From: Candidatus Latescibacterota bacterium
GTDB lineage: Bacteria; Latescibacterota; UBA2968
Direction: 5' to 3'
Assembly (NCBI GenBank): GCA_965198115.1
Contig: OZ240241.1
Location: 640,001-704,000, forward strand
Length of the DNA stretch: 64,000 bases
This document shows, piece after piece, positions 36,093 to 44,539 of this stretch. Position 1 is the stretch's first letter. Each line of letters opens with the position of its first letter. A program made the translations under genes and the position numbers. Under the pieces are notes generated by a model. It saw nothing but the letters and a program-made list of their open reading frames with translations. It did no database searches and was not told the origin of the DNA.

Positions 36093-36662
36093 TTGGCCGC
36101 CATTCCGTTTCCTCAGATCTCATACACCCGGTTCTCCCTGGGCCTGGACCCCGAGGGCGACGTCGCGCTAAGAACGCTTTCCGGGCGCGTCACGACCCTC
36201 AACCGGTCCCCGGGCGTGTGGCGCGGCACCTTCTCCCTTCCGCCCACCGGCGACGCGGCTGTCGCCGACGACGTCGAGGCGTGGCTGGCTGCTATGGCCG
36301 ACGGAAGAAACACGTCGGAAATACCGTTCGAGCGGGAAACGCTCGCCGCCGACCCGAACGTGACGATCGCCTCGGGACCCGCGCTCGTCGCCGGCAGGCT
36401 GCGCTACACCCTCTCAGGCGCCCTCACCGCCGGTGCGACCGGTCTCTACCTCCGCGTGGAAAGGCTGTTTTTGGTCGAATCCGTCACCGGCGTCAACATC
36501 GTCCTGGTTCCTCAGGTCCAGGGCATTGCCGCCGGCACGGCCGTGCGCCGCGCCTCCACCCTCCGCGTGGTTCGCGATCCCCAGACATCGTTTTCTCCCT
36601 CGCCGGCGAGCCCCGACTTCTTCGGGCCGTGGACCTTCGCCTGGATCGAGGCGCTTCTGTGA
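36093..36662 (+). CDS. Minor tail protein (distal-tail position)
   Basis: 189 aa directly after the tape measure gene; ends F.WIEAL. Confidence 0.65.
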   Translation: MAAIPFPQISYTRFSLGLDPEGDVALRTLSGRVTTLNRSPGVWRGTFSLPPTGDAAVADDVEAWLAAMADGRNTSEIPFERETLAADPNVTIASGPALVAGRLRYTLSGALTAGATGLYLRVERLFLVESVTGVNIVLVPQVQGIAAGTAVRRASTLRVVRDPQTSFSPSPASPDFFGPWTFAWIEALL

Positions 36663-37159
36663 GCCAGCCACGCTGGACCCTCGATTTCGGGCTGCCCGAC
36701 GCGGCCGAAACATACCGGTTCTGGTCCGGCGACCACGACATCCTCTTCGAAGGACAGACCTATCGCGGCGCAGGACAGCTGATGGCCGTCTCGTCCGCCG
36801 AAATCGGGCCGGACGGTCAACCCGAAATCACCGTCTCGATCGCCGCTGGCGACGCCACACTCCGCGAAGCCCTGATAGAGGAGACGAGACCCGTCCCCGT
36901 CATTGTCAGGTGGATCTACAGCAGCGACAATGGGCTCACCTGGAACGACACGGGCCTCATCGTGTCAGGCTTCCTCTCCTCGCCCCTCCTTTCCGACGGC
37001 GTCTACACTGCGACGATCGCCACCTACTCCGGAGACGTGTCGCGACGCACGCCGCGCCGCTGGTCCCCAGAAGACCAGCGCGCCCGCAACGCTCAGGACG
37101 AGGGCATGGACGACATGCGACGCCTCGGCCGGGGCATTGAGATCGGCTGGCCGCCGTAA
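36659..37159 (+). CDS. Minor tail protein
   Basis: GTGA overlap; RFWSG...F.GQTY.GAG...RW..EDQ..R...D.G. Confidence 0.7.
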   Translation: MSQPRWTLDFGLPDAAETYRFWSGDHDILFEGQTYRGAGQLMAVSSAEIGPDGQPEITVSIAAGDATLREALIEETRPVPVIVRWIYSSDNGLTWNDTGLIVSGFLSSPLLSDGVYTATIATYSGDVSRRTPRRWSPEDQRARNAQDEGMDDMRRLGRGIEIGWPP

Positions 37160-37174
37160 AAAGAGAGAGATAGA

Positions 37175-40100
37175 ATGGCACTGGGGTTTGTGAAAAAGCT
37201 GGGACTGGCCCTGGGCGTGGGCGCCGTCACCGTCTTCACGGGGGGACTAGGGGGCTTGGCGCTCAGTCAGGCCCTCAAAGCCGGAGCGATCAACGCGGGG
37301 CTGACCCTCCTGGACCGCCTGGTGCGGCGCGGTCCCAAGCCTCCCGAGCCTACGCAGCGCGGCGTCAACGCCGTGGCTGCCGCGCCGGCGCGCTACGCCC
37401 TCGGCACCTCACGCACAGAAGGCGTCCTCACCTATCTTCGAGAAAACGGCGCCGACCTCCACCTGGTCTACGCCATCTCCGAGGGCGCGTGCGCAGGCCT
37501 CGCCGGAGAGAAAAAGCCCGACGGGACGACCGAAGACGTCCACATCTACGTCGACGGCAACCAGATACGAATCAAGCCTGTCGTCGGCTCTCCCAACAAG
37601 TACGAGCCCTTCCACGCCACCAACCGGGGCACGATAGAGCTGTGGGCCTACACCGCAGCTGACGGCACGGAGGGCGCCGACCTCTTCTCCGCGATTCCCG
37701 GTCCCAACCCTCCCTCCGCGCCTTGGCTCGATGGCCTCTCGTGGGTCTACGTCAAGCTCACCCAGCCCAAGCGACGCCACTACACCGCCGTCCCGAGGAT
37801 CGAGTTCGAGTGGCGCGGGATGATCGTCAAGGCACCCCGCCACCGCCCGCTGCTTGAACGACAAATCACCGGCACGGCCTGGTCGAACGCGGAGGCGAAC
37901 CTTGCGTCACCCTCGGCCACGCCTGAGTCCCGGGCTTTCGGGATCAAGGTCCGCCTCCACAACGACGCCGACCCATCGTTGTTCGACGAAACGCGCATCT
38001 GGGACGGCGACGCCTGGGTTCGGCTCGACTCCGACACCGGCGACCTCCCCGAAGGAGAATGGACGTCCTCGGCGGCAGCTGCGCGCTACTTTTTCCTGAC
38101 CAGGCTGCGCGGCGTACCCCACACCGCCATAGACCGAAACTCAGTGGTCGAAGCCGACCGCATCTGTTCAGAACGCAGCTACGCCGTCAACGGCGTCATC
38201 GCCGACGACGAGGACGTGAACGAAATCGAAGACTTGTTCGACTTCGCCTGGCAGGGACAGGTCATAGACGCAGGAGGTGTCCTCCTCTTCCGCCCGGGAG
38301 CGGACAGGGACCCCGTTCTCACCCTCGACGTGGACGACGAAGCCGTGTCCATAGACGCCGTAAAACCCGCGCCTTCCCTCTCCGAGCGCGTCAACGAGCT
38401 CACCCTAACCCTAGACCAGTCCGACGCCCATCAGTTCAGGCCGATGGCCATGCCCCCCGTGGTCGACAGGGAGACGCAAGGCCGGGACGGACGGCGCCTG
38501 GCCAAAGATCTTGGAAACATCAGGTTCGTGACACACGCCCCCACAGCAAACCGTCTGATGGCCATCGCCCTGAAAAGGGCGCGCGCAAACACCCGCTTCG
38601 CCTACACCCTGCCTCCAGGAGATGACTACCGCTGGCTCACCGTCAGGCCCACGGACCGCATGCGCATCAACGACAGCGAAAACGGACTGTCCGCCTTCCT
38701 TGCCGAGGTCCTCACCCTCACCGTCAACGAAGACTGGTCCGTCAGCATCGAACTACAAGCCGCACCCGACGGTATCTACGACGACGACGCGACGTTCCCG
38801 CCCCTCATACCCCTGGATATCGACATCGCTGACCCTACCGACGTCGCGATCCCCACAGGCGTCACGGCCGCGGCTTTAATCGAGAAGATCGCCGACGGAA
38901 CATTCATTGCAGGATTCACCATCGGGTGGGGCGACACGACCACCACGAGCACCGACCTCCGCTATCGTAAGGTCGGAGACACACAGTGGATTTTTCTAAA
39001 CAGCCCCGCGTCCCCCATTCGCGTGGCACCCCTGCCCGCAGGCGACTATGAATTCCAACTGCGCCACGTTTCCAGGCAAAACATCCCCTCGATCTGGACC
39101 GACGCCGCCACAGTCACCGTAGCAGGAGACCAGATACCGCCGGCGAACCCCCTGAACTTCGCCGTCTCCGCGATCGCAGGGGGATACCAGGCCACCTGGA
39201 CAGCATCCCCCGACACCGACTACCACCATACCGAAGTCTACGACACCCGCACGCGAACGGCGTTCGCCGACGCCACACTACGCGCCACCATCGACGGCTC
39301 GTCCTACTCCCGCCACGGCCTCACCACTGACACCCTTGACGTCTGGATCAGACACATCGACACCTGGGGAAACGCCTCGGGAGAAGCCTCGGCCACCGTC
39401 ACACCCAGCGCGCAAGGACAGGGAAGGCCCGGCCTCGACGGAACGCCCGGCCTCTCCGTCGCCGAGCTCATAATATTCCGCAAAGCCACGCTCCAGGAAG
39501 GTATAGCCTCGCTCACAGGAACAACGCCGGTGGCAACACCCACGGCCACGAACTACGATTTCGCCACGGGCACTTTTACCGGCCTCACGACCGAGTGGTC
39601 GCTACAGTGGCCCGCGAATTACGACCAGCGACTGGGGTTTGTCTTTGCCTCTACAGTCACCGCCACGGCACCGGCCGGAGGAGCCGACACGTCATTGACT
39701 TTTGGGGGACCGCGCCTCGTCAGCAGTGCCCTGAATATCGATGTCATCTACACACGGGCGGCCACGCCACCCTCAAAACCGGCCAACCAGCCCGCCGACA
39801 GGAACCCGGCAGACTACCCCGCACCCGACACCGGATGGTCCACGAACCCGCCCACGGGCGACGACCCCCTCTACTCGTGTGTCCGTATTATCCGGGGGAC
39901 TCAGTGGGTCCATGGCACACCTATTCCGGTGGGCGAGGACGGCAGGTCGGCGCAGGAGTATTTCAGAGCCACCCTCCTGAACAGCCCACCGTCCACGCCG
40001 ACAGGATGGAATGCTCAAGATGGTGCACCAACGGACTGGACCACCGCGGCGGGGATACCTAGGATTCGCCCGGCGATCCCAATGCCTGGGAATCCGCTGG

Positions 40101-41131
40101 TGCTTTGGCGGATTTCGAGAACGTGGAACGAAGGCACAGATCAATGGAATGACTTCACCCCACCGGTGCTTTTTGACGGCGTCCCAGGCGCTGATGGGGC
40201 TCCGGGCGCAGACTCCACAGTTCCAGGCCCTATCGGCCCACAGGGCGCAGACTCCACAGTTCCAGGCCCTATGGGCAGGTCGGCGCAGGAGTATTTCCGA
40301 ATCACTCGCCTGAACGACCCACCGCCAAAGCCGACAGGACGGAATGCTCAAGATGGTTCACCACCGGACTGGACCACCGCGGCGGGGCTACCTCTCATTC
40401 GCCCGGTCCCGATTCCCGGGAATCCGCTGGTGCTTTGGCGGATTTCGAGAACGTGGAACGAAGGCACAGATCAATGGAATGACTTCACCCCACCGGTGCT
40501 TTTTGACGGCGTCCCAGGCGCTGATGGTGAGGGTGTGCCCGGAGGCGGCACGCTGGGGCAGGTGTTGACGAAGATCGCCGCGGGCGACTTCCAGACCGGC
40601 TGGCAGGATACCTCGGGCGTCAGCACTCAGGGTCCCACAGGTGCTCAGGGTGCTCAGGGTCCTCAAGGCGGGCAGGGAGCTGATTCTACCGTCCCCGGAC
40701 CTCAGGGCCCCCGAGGTGCTCGGGGGGCGAAAGGAGATCAGGGTAATCCGGGAGCTCGGGGTGCGAAAGGAGATCAGGGTAATCCGGGAGCTCGGGGTGG
40801 AAAAGGAGATCAGGGTAATCCAGGTGCTCAGGGAGCGAAAGGAGATCAGGGTAATCCGGGAGCTCAGGGGGCAAAAGGAGATCAGGGTAATCCGGGAGCT
40901 CAGGGGGCAAAAGGAGATCAGGGTAATCCGGGAGCTCGGGGCACTCAAGGTCAGCGGGGCTTTCGGGGCATAACGGGTGCTGCGGGTGCTGCGGGTGCTC
41001 GGGGTGCGCAGGGTGCTCAAGGGGCTCAGGGACCCAGCCATAGCCATGGTACCATTCTTAGCCGTCTCTCCAGTCTCGAAAACGAAGTGGACGATCACGA
41101 CGAGCGTATTAATGACTTGGAATCTGCCTAA
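37175..41131 (+). CDS. Tail tip/host-specificity protein with FN3-like domains, duplicated ~85-aa module, collagen helix and C-terminal coiled coil
   Basis: 1318 aa; tail-hub-like N-terminus, FN3-like repeats (YEFQLRHVS, VWIRHIDTWGN.S), Gly-X-Y runs, terminal heptads LSRLSSLENEVDDHDERINDLE. Confidence 0.9.
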   Translation: MALGFVKKLGLALGVGAVTVFTGGLGGLALSQALKAGAINAGLTLLDRLVRRGPKPPEPTQRGVNAVAAAPARYALGTSRTEGVLTYLRENGADLHLVYAISEGACAGLAGEKKPDGTTEDVHIYVDGNQIRIKPVVGSPNKYEPFHATNRGTIELWAYTAADGTEGADLFSAIPGPNPPSAPWLDGLSWVYVKLTQPKRRHYTAVPRIEFEWRGMIVKAPRHRPLLERQITGTAWSNAEANLASPSATPESRAFGIKVRLHNDADPSLFDETRIWDGDAWVRLDSDTGDLPEGEWTSSAAAARYFFLTRLRGVPHTAIDRNSVVEADRICSERSYAVNGVIADDEDVNEIEDLFDFAWQGQVIDAGGVLLFRPGADRDPVLTLDVDDEAVSIDAVKPAPSLSERVNELTLTLDQSDAHQFRPMAMPPVVDRETQGRDGRRLAKDLGNIRFVTHAPTANRLMAIALKRARANTRFAYTLPPGDDYRWLTVRPTDRMRINDSENGLSAFLAEVLTLTVNEDWSVSIELQAAPDGIYDDDATFPPLIPLDIDIADPTDVAIPTGVTAAALIEKIADGTFIAGFTIGWGDTTTTSTDLRYRKVGDTQWIFLNSPASPIRVAPLPAGDYEFQLRHVSRQNIPSIWTDAATVTVAGDQIPPANPLNFAVSAIAGGYQATWTASPDTDYHHTEVYDTRTRTAFADATLRATIDGSSYSRHGLTTDTLDVWIRHIDTWGNASGEASATVTPSAQGQGRPGLDGTPGLSVAELIIFRKATLQEGIASLTGTTPVATPTATNYDFATGTFTGLTTEWSLQWPANYDQRLGFVFASTVTATAPAGGADTSLTFGGPRLVSSALNIDVIYTRAATPPSKPANQPADRNPADYPAPDTGWSTNPPTGDDPLYSCVRIIRGTQWVHGTPIPVGEDGRSAQEYFRATLLNSPPSTPTGWNAQDGAPTDWTTAAGIPRIRPAIPMPGNPLVLWRISRTWNEGTDQWNDFTPPVLFDGVPGADGAPGADSTVPGPIGPQGADSTVPGPMGRSAQEYFRITRLNDPPPKPTGRNAQDGSPPDWTTAAGLPLIRPVPIPGNPLVLWRISRTWNEGTDQWNDFTPPVLFDGVPGADGEGVPGGGTLGQVLTKIAAGDFQTGWQDTSGVSTQGPTGAQGAQGPQGGQGADSTVPGPQGPRGARGAKGDQGNPGARGAKGDQGNPGARGGKGDQGNPGAQGAKGDQGNPGAQGAKGDQGNPGAQGAKGDQGNPGARGTQGQRGFRGITGAAGAAGARGAQGAQGAQGPSHSHGTILSRLSSLENEVDDHDERINDLESA
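39941..40527 (+). repeat. Intragenic direct repeat, 39941-40197 and 40274-40527
   Basis: Both encode GRSAQEYFR...FDGVPGADG; the last 110 bp are identical. Confidence 0.95.
40715..40930 (+). repeat. Six 36-bp tandem repeats encoding GA[RQ]G[AG]KGDQGNP
   Basis: Invariant core AAAGGAGATCAGGGTAATCC every 36 bp, within 38 uninterrupted Gly-X-Y triplets (40697-41038). Confidence 0.95.
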
Positions 41132-41725
41132 GTGATTGACGAAATTCGCATAATCGACCGTGTATATTTGGATCCCGATAGCGTCAGGGAATACGCCCTG
41201 GCACAGCCCTTCGAGAGCCAGGGCAATTTTCCCGGATACCGCACGGCACCGGCATCTGCCGCCGATCGGGAATTGCTAAAGACCACGCTTGAAGCCTGGC
41301 TCACCCAAACCATCACCCACTGGCCTCAGAAGGAGAACACCTGCTACCAGCTATGCCTGGAAGGCGATCAGACGTGGGTGCACCACGACAAGACCGAGTG
41401 GGCGGGCGTCCTGTTTCTGACGCCGGACGACGTCGCCCGAAGAGCCGAAGAGGAGCACGGTCAGCGCCACGGCATCGGATTCTACCGAAAACGCGGCACG
41501 GAGAATTCAGCAGCGTCCGACTGGATATACGACGGCGAAGGGACAGTAGACTGGAACCAAGACAGCGCCCCAGAGGACTGGGAGACCATCGTCGAGGTCA
41601 GCGGACTCTACAACCGCCTCGTTGCCTTCCGCGCTGGCTACTACCATCGGTCTCTTCTCCCCGGATTCGGAGACGCTCCGGAAACCGGACGCCTTACGCA
41701 GGTGTTTTTTTGGAACGTCTCGTGA
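41132..41725 (+). CDS. 2OG-Fe(II) oxygenase-like protein (DUF6445-like)
   Basis: IID..Y.DPD.VREYAL...FPGYRT...WVHHD..WAGVLFLTP...YNRLV.F....YH....FG.....GRLTQVFF: HxD...H iron triad plus a 2OG-binding Arg. Confidence 0.82.
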   Translation: MIDEIRIIDRVYLDPDSVREYALAQPFESQGNFPGYRTAPASAADRELLKTTLEAWLTQTITHWPQKENTCYQLCLEGDQTWVHHDKTEWAGVLFLTPDDVARRAEEEHGQRHGIGFYRKRGTENSAASDWIYDGEGTVDWNQDSAPEDWETIVEVSGLYNRLVAFRAGYYHRSLLPGFGDAPETGRLTQVFFWNVS

Positions 41726-42774
41726 CCCGCGTCCTCCTCACCATCTTAACGCACCACGACCTGCCCCGCCTCGAGCGCGCCGTCACCTCGGCAAAGCGGC
41801 AGCGCAGAGCCCGAAGCATCGCCGTGGAAAGCCTCGTCGTCGTAAACACCCTCGACGGCCGTTACGAGAAGGCAGTGCGCGAGACGTGCGCGAGGTGGGG
41901 CGTCAAGGCGCTGGCCACCGACAGCAACGGCAAGCCCGGGCGCGGAAAGAATGCGTGCCTCGATGCGTTCCTGTCTTCCGATGCGGACTACCTGTACCAG
42001 CTCGATGGCGACGATTTCCTCTACCCCACGTGGGCGCGATCTGTCGAAGCCCACCTGCGCCGCATACCGGGCCTTGATGCCCTCGGCATCGTCCCTCTCG
42101 ACTGCGTAGGATCAAGCGAAGGATTTTCGTGGACCCTGCCCGACGGATCCACTAAAGCCGGCGTGTGGACGGCTTCCGACGTCTATCCCTGGGAAGGAGC
42201 TGGGCCCGGACGGTCGCCTCTCTGGGACGTGTCCCTGTCGGCCTCACCCGACATGGTGCGCCTCGTCAGCCGGGAGACCGCCCTGACCTGGTGCTACGAC
42301 GAGGACCTGGCTGTAGGCGAGGACCACCTGATGTCCCTCAGGCTGCTCGCAAGCCACATACAGGGCGATCTGCACTACTGGGTGACAATGGCCTCGGACC
42401 AGATGGTCGTCGATCGTACGACGCCACAGAGCGTGCAGGACCAATATCCCCAGGCGGAAGAGGTGGGGAGGCTGCGCGATCTCGCAAGGCAAGCGGTTTA
42501 TCCTGAGCGCTCGGCGCACACCGAGCTGCCGATCCTCTACCCTGAGATCTTGATCGGGCCCGACGAAAAGAGAGCATGGATCGACCGATACTTTATTTCC
42601 AACCAGGAGGATACCAATGTCGGCAGAAACGGTGATGAGCGGGAATTTCAGAATTCGGAGGATCGTCGAGTCGGACAGGTACGAAGGCACGACGGTGACG
42701 ATGATGTCCACGGAAACACCGCCGGCCCTGGAGGTGGGCAGGGTATACGCCCTCACCTTCACGCCGGTGCCTGA
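41722..42774 (+). CDS. GT-A fold glycosyltransferase (GT2-like)
   Basis: GTGA overlap; L.RAV.S...VVVN...SNG.PG.GKN...DYLYQLDGDDFLYP (DxD), later GEDH. The last ~50 codons may be spurious. Confidence 0.82.
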   Translation: MTRVLLTILTHHDLPRLERAVTSAKRQRRARSIAVESLVVVNTLDGRYEKAVRETCARWGVKALATDSNGKPGRGKNACLDAFLSSDADYLYQLDGDDFLYPTWARSVEAHLRRIPGLDALGIVPLDCVGSSEGFSWTLPDGSTKAGVWTASDVYPWEGAGPGRSPLWDVSLSASPDMVRLVSRETALTWCYDEDLAVGEDHLMSLRLLASHIQGDLHYWVTMASDQMVVDRTTPQSVQDQYPQAEEVGRLRDLARQAVYPERSAHTELPILYPEILIGPDEKRAWIDRYFISNQEDTNVGRNGDEREFQNSEDRRVGQVRRHDGDDDVHGNTAGPGGGQGIRPHLHAGA

Positions 42775-42811
42775 CGCAAATCAGGGCGCGGGACAGGACC
42801 AGGGAACGTAG
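42617..42811 (+). CDS. 64-aa hypothetical protein
   Basis: AGGAGG RBS; LEVGRVYALTFTP; overlaps the end of the glycosyltransferase frame. Confidence 0.6.
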   Translation: MSAETVMSGNFRIRRIVESDRYEGTTVTMMSTETPPALEVGRVYALTFTPVPDANQGAGQDQGT

Positions 42812-42963
42812 GTTGGGGGGCTTTCAAGATCGTGGCTGCTGATCCGGTTGAGCGTTATCTTGGACCACCAAAAAACAGCCACGATCACCTGCACAGATAG
42901 CGTGCGAGCGTGTGCGCACGGACGCTTGCGACGGCGGGCGCCGCAGGAGAAGAGTGCGAGACG

Positions 42964-43983
42964 ATGATAACGGAAGACGATCTGGTGCGCTTTCAGTGCT
43001 TGCGTGACGAGCTGGAGACGTCGAGGGAGCTCCTCAAGTCGGGATTCGGACACCTCCAGGAAATAGACATGGGGAACACGTTCTACCACCTGCCGCATCA
43101 ACTGCTGGCGAGCGGTTTCGAACGCTTGATGAAGTGCTACATCGCCGTTGTTCGCAAGGGCCGTGACGGGGCCTACCCCGACAGGGCGGCGATGAAGTCG
43201 CTCGGGCACGACCTAGAGAGCCTGCTAGAGACGATCTGCACGAAGTACTACGGCGGAACGCAACGAGACCTGGTGCAACAGGATCTCGCGTTCATCAGGA
43301 CGGATCCCGTGCTGAACGATTGCGTGAGAATCCTATCCCTGTTCGGGAAGATGGGCCGTTACTACAACCTCGACGTTGTGGCGGGGGCGGGCCACGGGCC
43401 AATGGACCCCGAGGGCAAGTGGAAGGCGCTGGAGTCCCGTGTGGAGGACCCGATTCCGTATCTTGGCAATCAGGAGCGGCTGCACCGCGACTACTACCCG
43501 CGAGTGAACAGTGGGTTGATTGCCAGGATGGAGCGGCTGGTCCGGGCGATCGCCATGCAGTTCACGCTTGGGGGGCACCCCGGAGGTGAACTCAGACTGC
43601 TCTCAGTCGTGTACCAGGAGTTCTGGAACCTCCCGGACGACCAATTCGGCAATGTCGAGTATCGCCGTTCGGTGGAGATCCTCAGGGGCGACACCGACCA
43701 GTGGATCAGGCGCTCCGACCAGGAGATCGCGGCATCGGGCTGGCCGTCGCTTGCAGTCAGCAAGGCAGAGTTCGGTGACGAGTGGCCGTTTCGCGACGAC
43801 CGGGTGACCGTCGAGCGCCGGGAGGGTCTGTTCTACATCGTCAACATCGGCGGTTACGACTTCGCGCTCAACGGTGCGGCACGGAGCCGGTTCGAGTTGC
43901 CATCTGTGCACGACGCGGGCGTGGCGGTGCTGGGGAAGTCGGTGGGGCCGTTCATTGAGATGGCACACGGACTGTCGGCGTGA
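42964..43983 (+). CDS. Hypothetical protein with HEPN-like N-terminal domain (accessory gene)
   Basis: LASGFERLMK...GHDL..L...GRYYNLD pattern; 339 aa. Confidence 0.6.
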   Translation: MITEDDLVRFQCLRDELETSRELLKSGFGHLQEIDMGNTFYHLPHQLLASGFERLMKCYIAVVRKGRDGAYPDRAAMKSLGHDLESLLETICTKYYGGTQRDLVQQDLAFIRTDPVLNDCVRILSLFGKMGRYYNLDVVAGAGHGPMDPEGKWKALESRVEDPIPYLGNQERLHRDYYPRVNSGLIARMERLVRAIAMQFTLGGHPGGELRLLSVVYQEFWNLPDDQFGNVEYRRSVEILRGDTDQWIRRSDQEIAASGWPSLAVSKAEFGDEWPFRDDRVTVERREGLFYIVNIGGYDFALNGAARSRFELPSVHDAGVAVLGKSVGPFIEMAHGLSA

Positions 43984-44089
43984 CCGAGGGGGGGTCGCGT
44001 ATGTCTAACTGGACAGGTTGCAGGCGTGGACTTGGAATCCCATACATACGGTGTATGACCGAGATTACGTGGAGAAGTTCTACAAGCAC

Positions 44090-44200
44090 CTTGAGCCGGA
44101 TACAGGGTGGGGGAAACATCCGCGCCTCCAGCTGCTCACGATCAAGGACCTCCTCGACGGGAAACGCATCGACTGTCCACCATCCAAGGTTGACGCACAG
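44090..44200 (+). pseudogene. C-terminal remnant of a DNA methyltransferase-restriction endonuclease fusion
   Basis: HPRLQLLTIKDLLDGKRIDCP resembles the P.IQ.LT..ELL.G tail of such proteins; approximate bounds. Confidence 0.5.
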
Positions 44201-44421
44201 GCGCGCCCGGCCCAAGGACAGGAAAGCAGATCAGATGGAGATTGACCGATTCGCCTGAATGGAATGAGAAGGCTCGTGAAGAGGTCTGCCATATTTCTGC
44301 CACGGAACCCCCAAAATCGGTATCTTTTGGGGGTATGGTGTAAAGTTAGAATGTTCACATAAACCTTTGCTGTAGAGTTAGTTGCTGAAAAATAACGGCT
44401 TGAGAAAATCGTCTTTTCATA

Positions 44422-44468
44422 CTTCGGGAGCAGGAGGCCGAAGGTTCAAATCCTTTCGCCCCGACCAA
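44422..44468 (+). repeat. attR core (47 bp)
   Basis: Identical to 1601-1647. Confidence 0.95.
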
Positions 44469-44477
44469 CTATAAATT

Positions 44478-44539
44478 AAACGGGCAGTGTGACTTACGGA
44501 AAAACATCCGATTCGTCGCACTGCCCGTTTTTTCTTTTT
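44478..44539 (+). terminator. Hairpin plus T tract after attR
   Basis: AAACGGGCAGTGTGAC...GTCGCACTGCCCGTTT followed by TTTCTTTTT. Confidence 0.6.

Larger units (their letters stand above)
1601..44468. mobile_element. Complete temperate siphovirus prophage (HK97-like head, non-contractile tail) integrated in tRNA-Pro
   Basis: Exact 47-bp direct repeat at both ends, tyrosine integrase, and a full set of replication, lysis, packaging, head and tail modules. Confidence 0.95.

Noticed and set aside
39941-40527. Possible diversity-generating retroelement TR/VR pair in the tail gene
   Set aside because: Differences are not adenine-specific (C/G, T/C, G/T and an indel), both copies are in frame in one gene, and no reverse transcriptase is present.
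40715-40930. Possible CRISPR array (20-bp core with 36-bp period)
   Set aside because: The intervening sequences are near-identical and encode Gly-X-Y in frame; no cas genes.
41353-41721. N-terminal extension of the glycosyltransferase in the ORF track
   Set aside because: Overlaps the oxygenase in another frame; the GT-like sequence starts at GTG 41722.
44422-44468. Second tRNA-Pro gene
   Set aside because: Only the 3' portion is present, without the D arm or 5' acceptor strand; it is attR.
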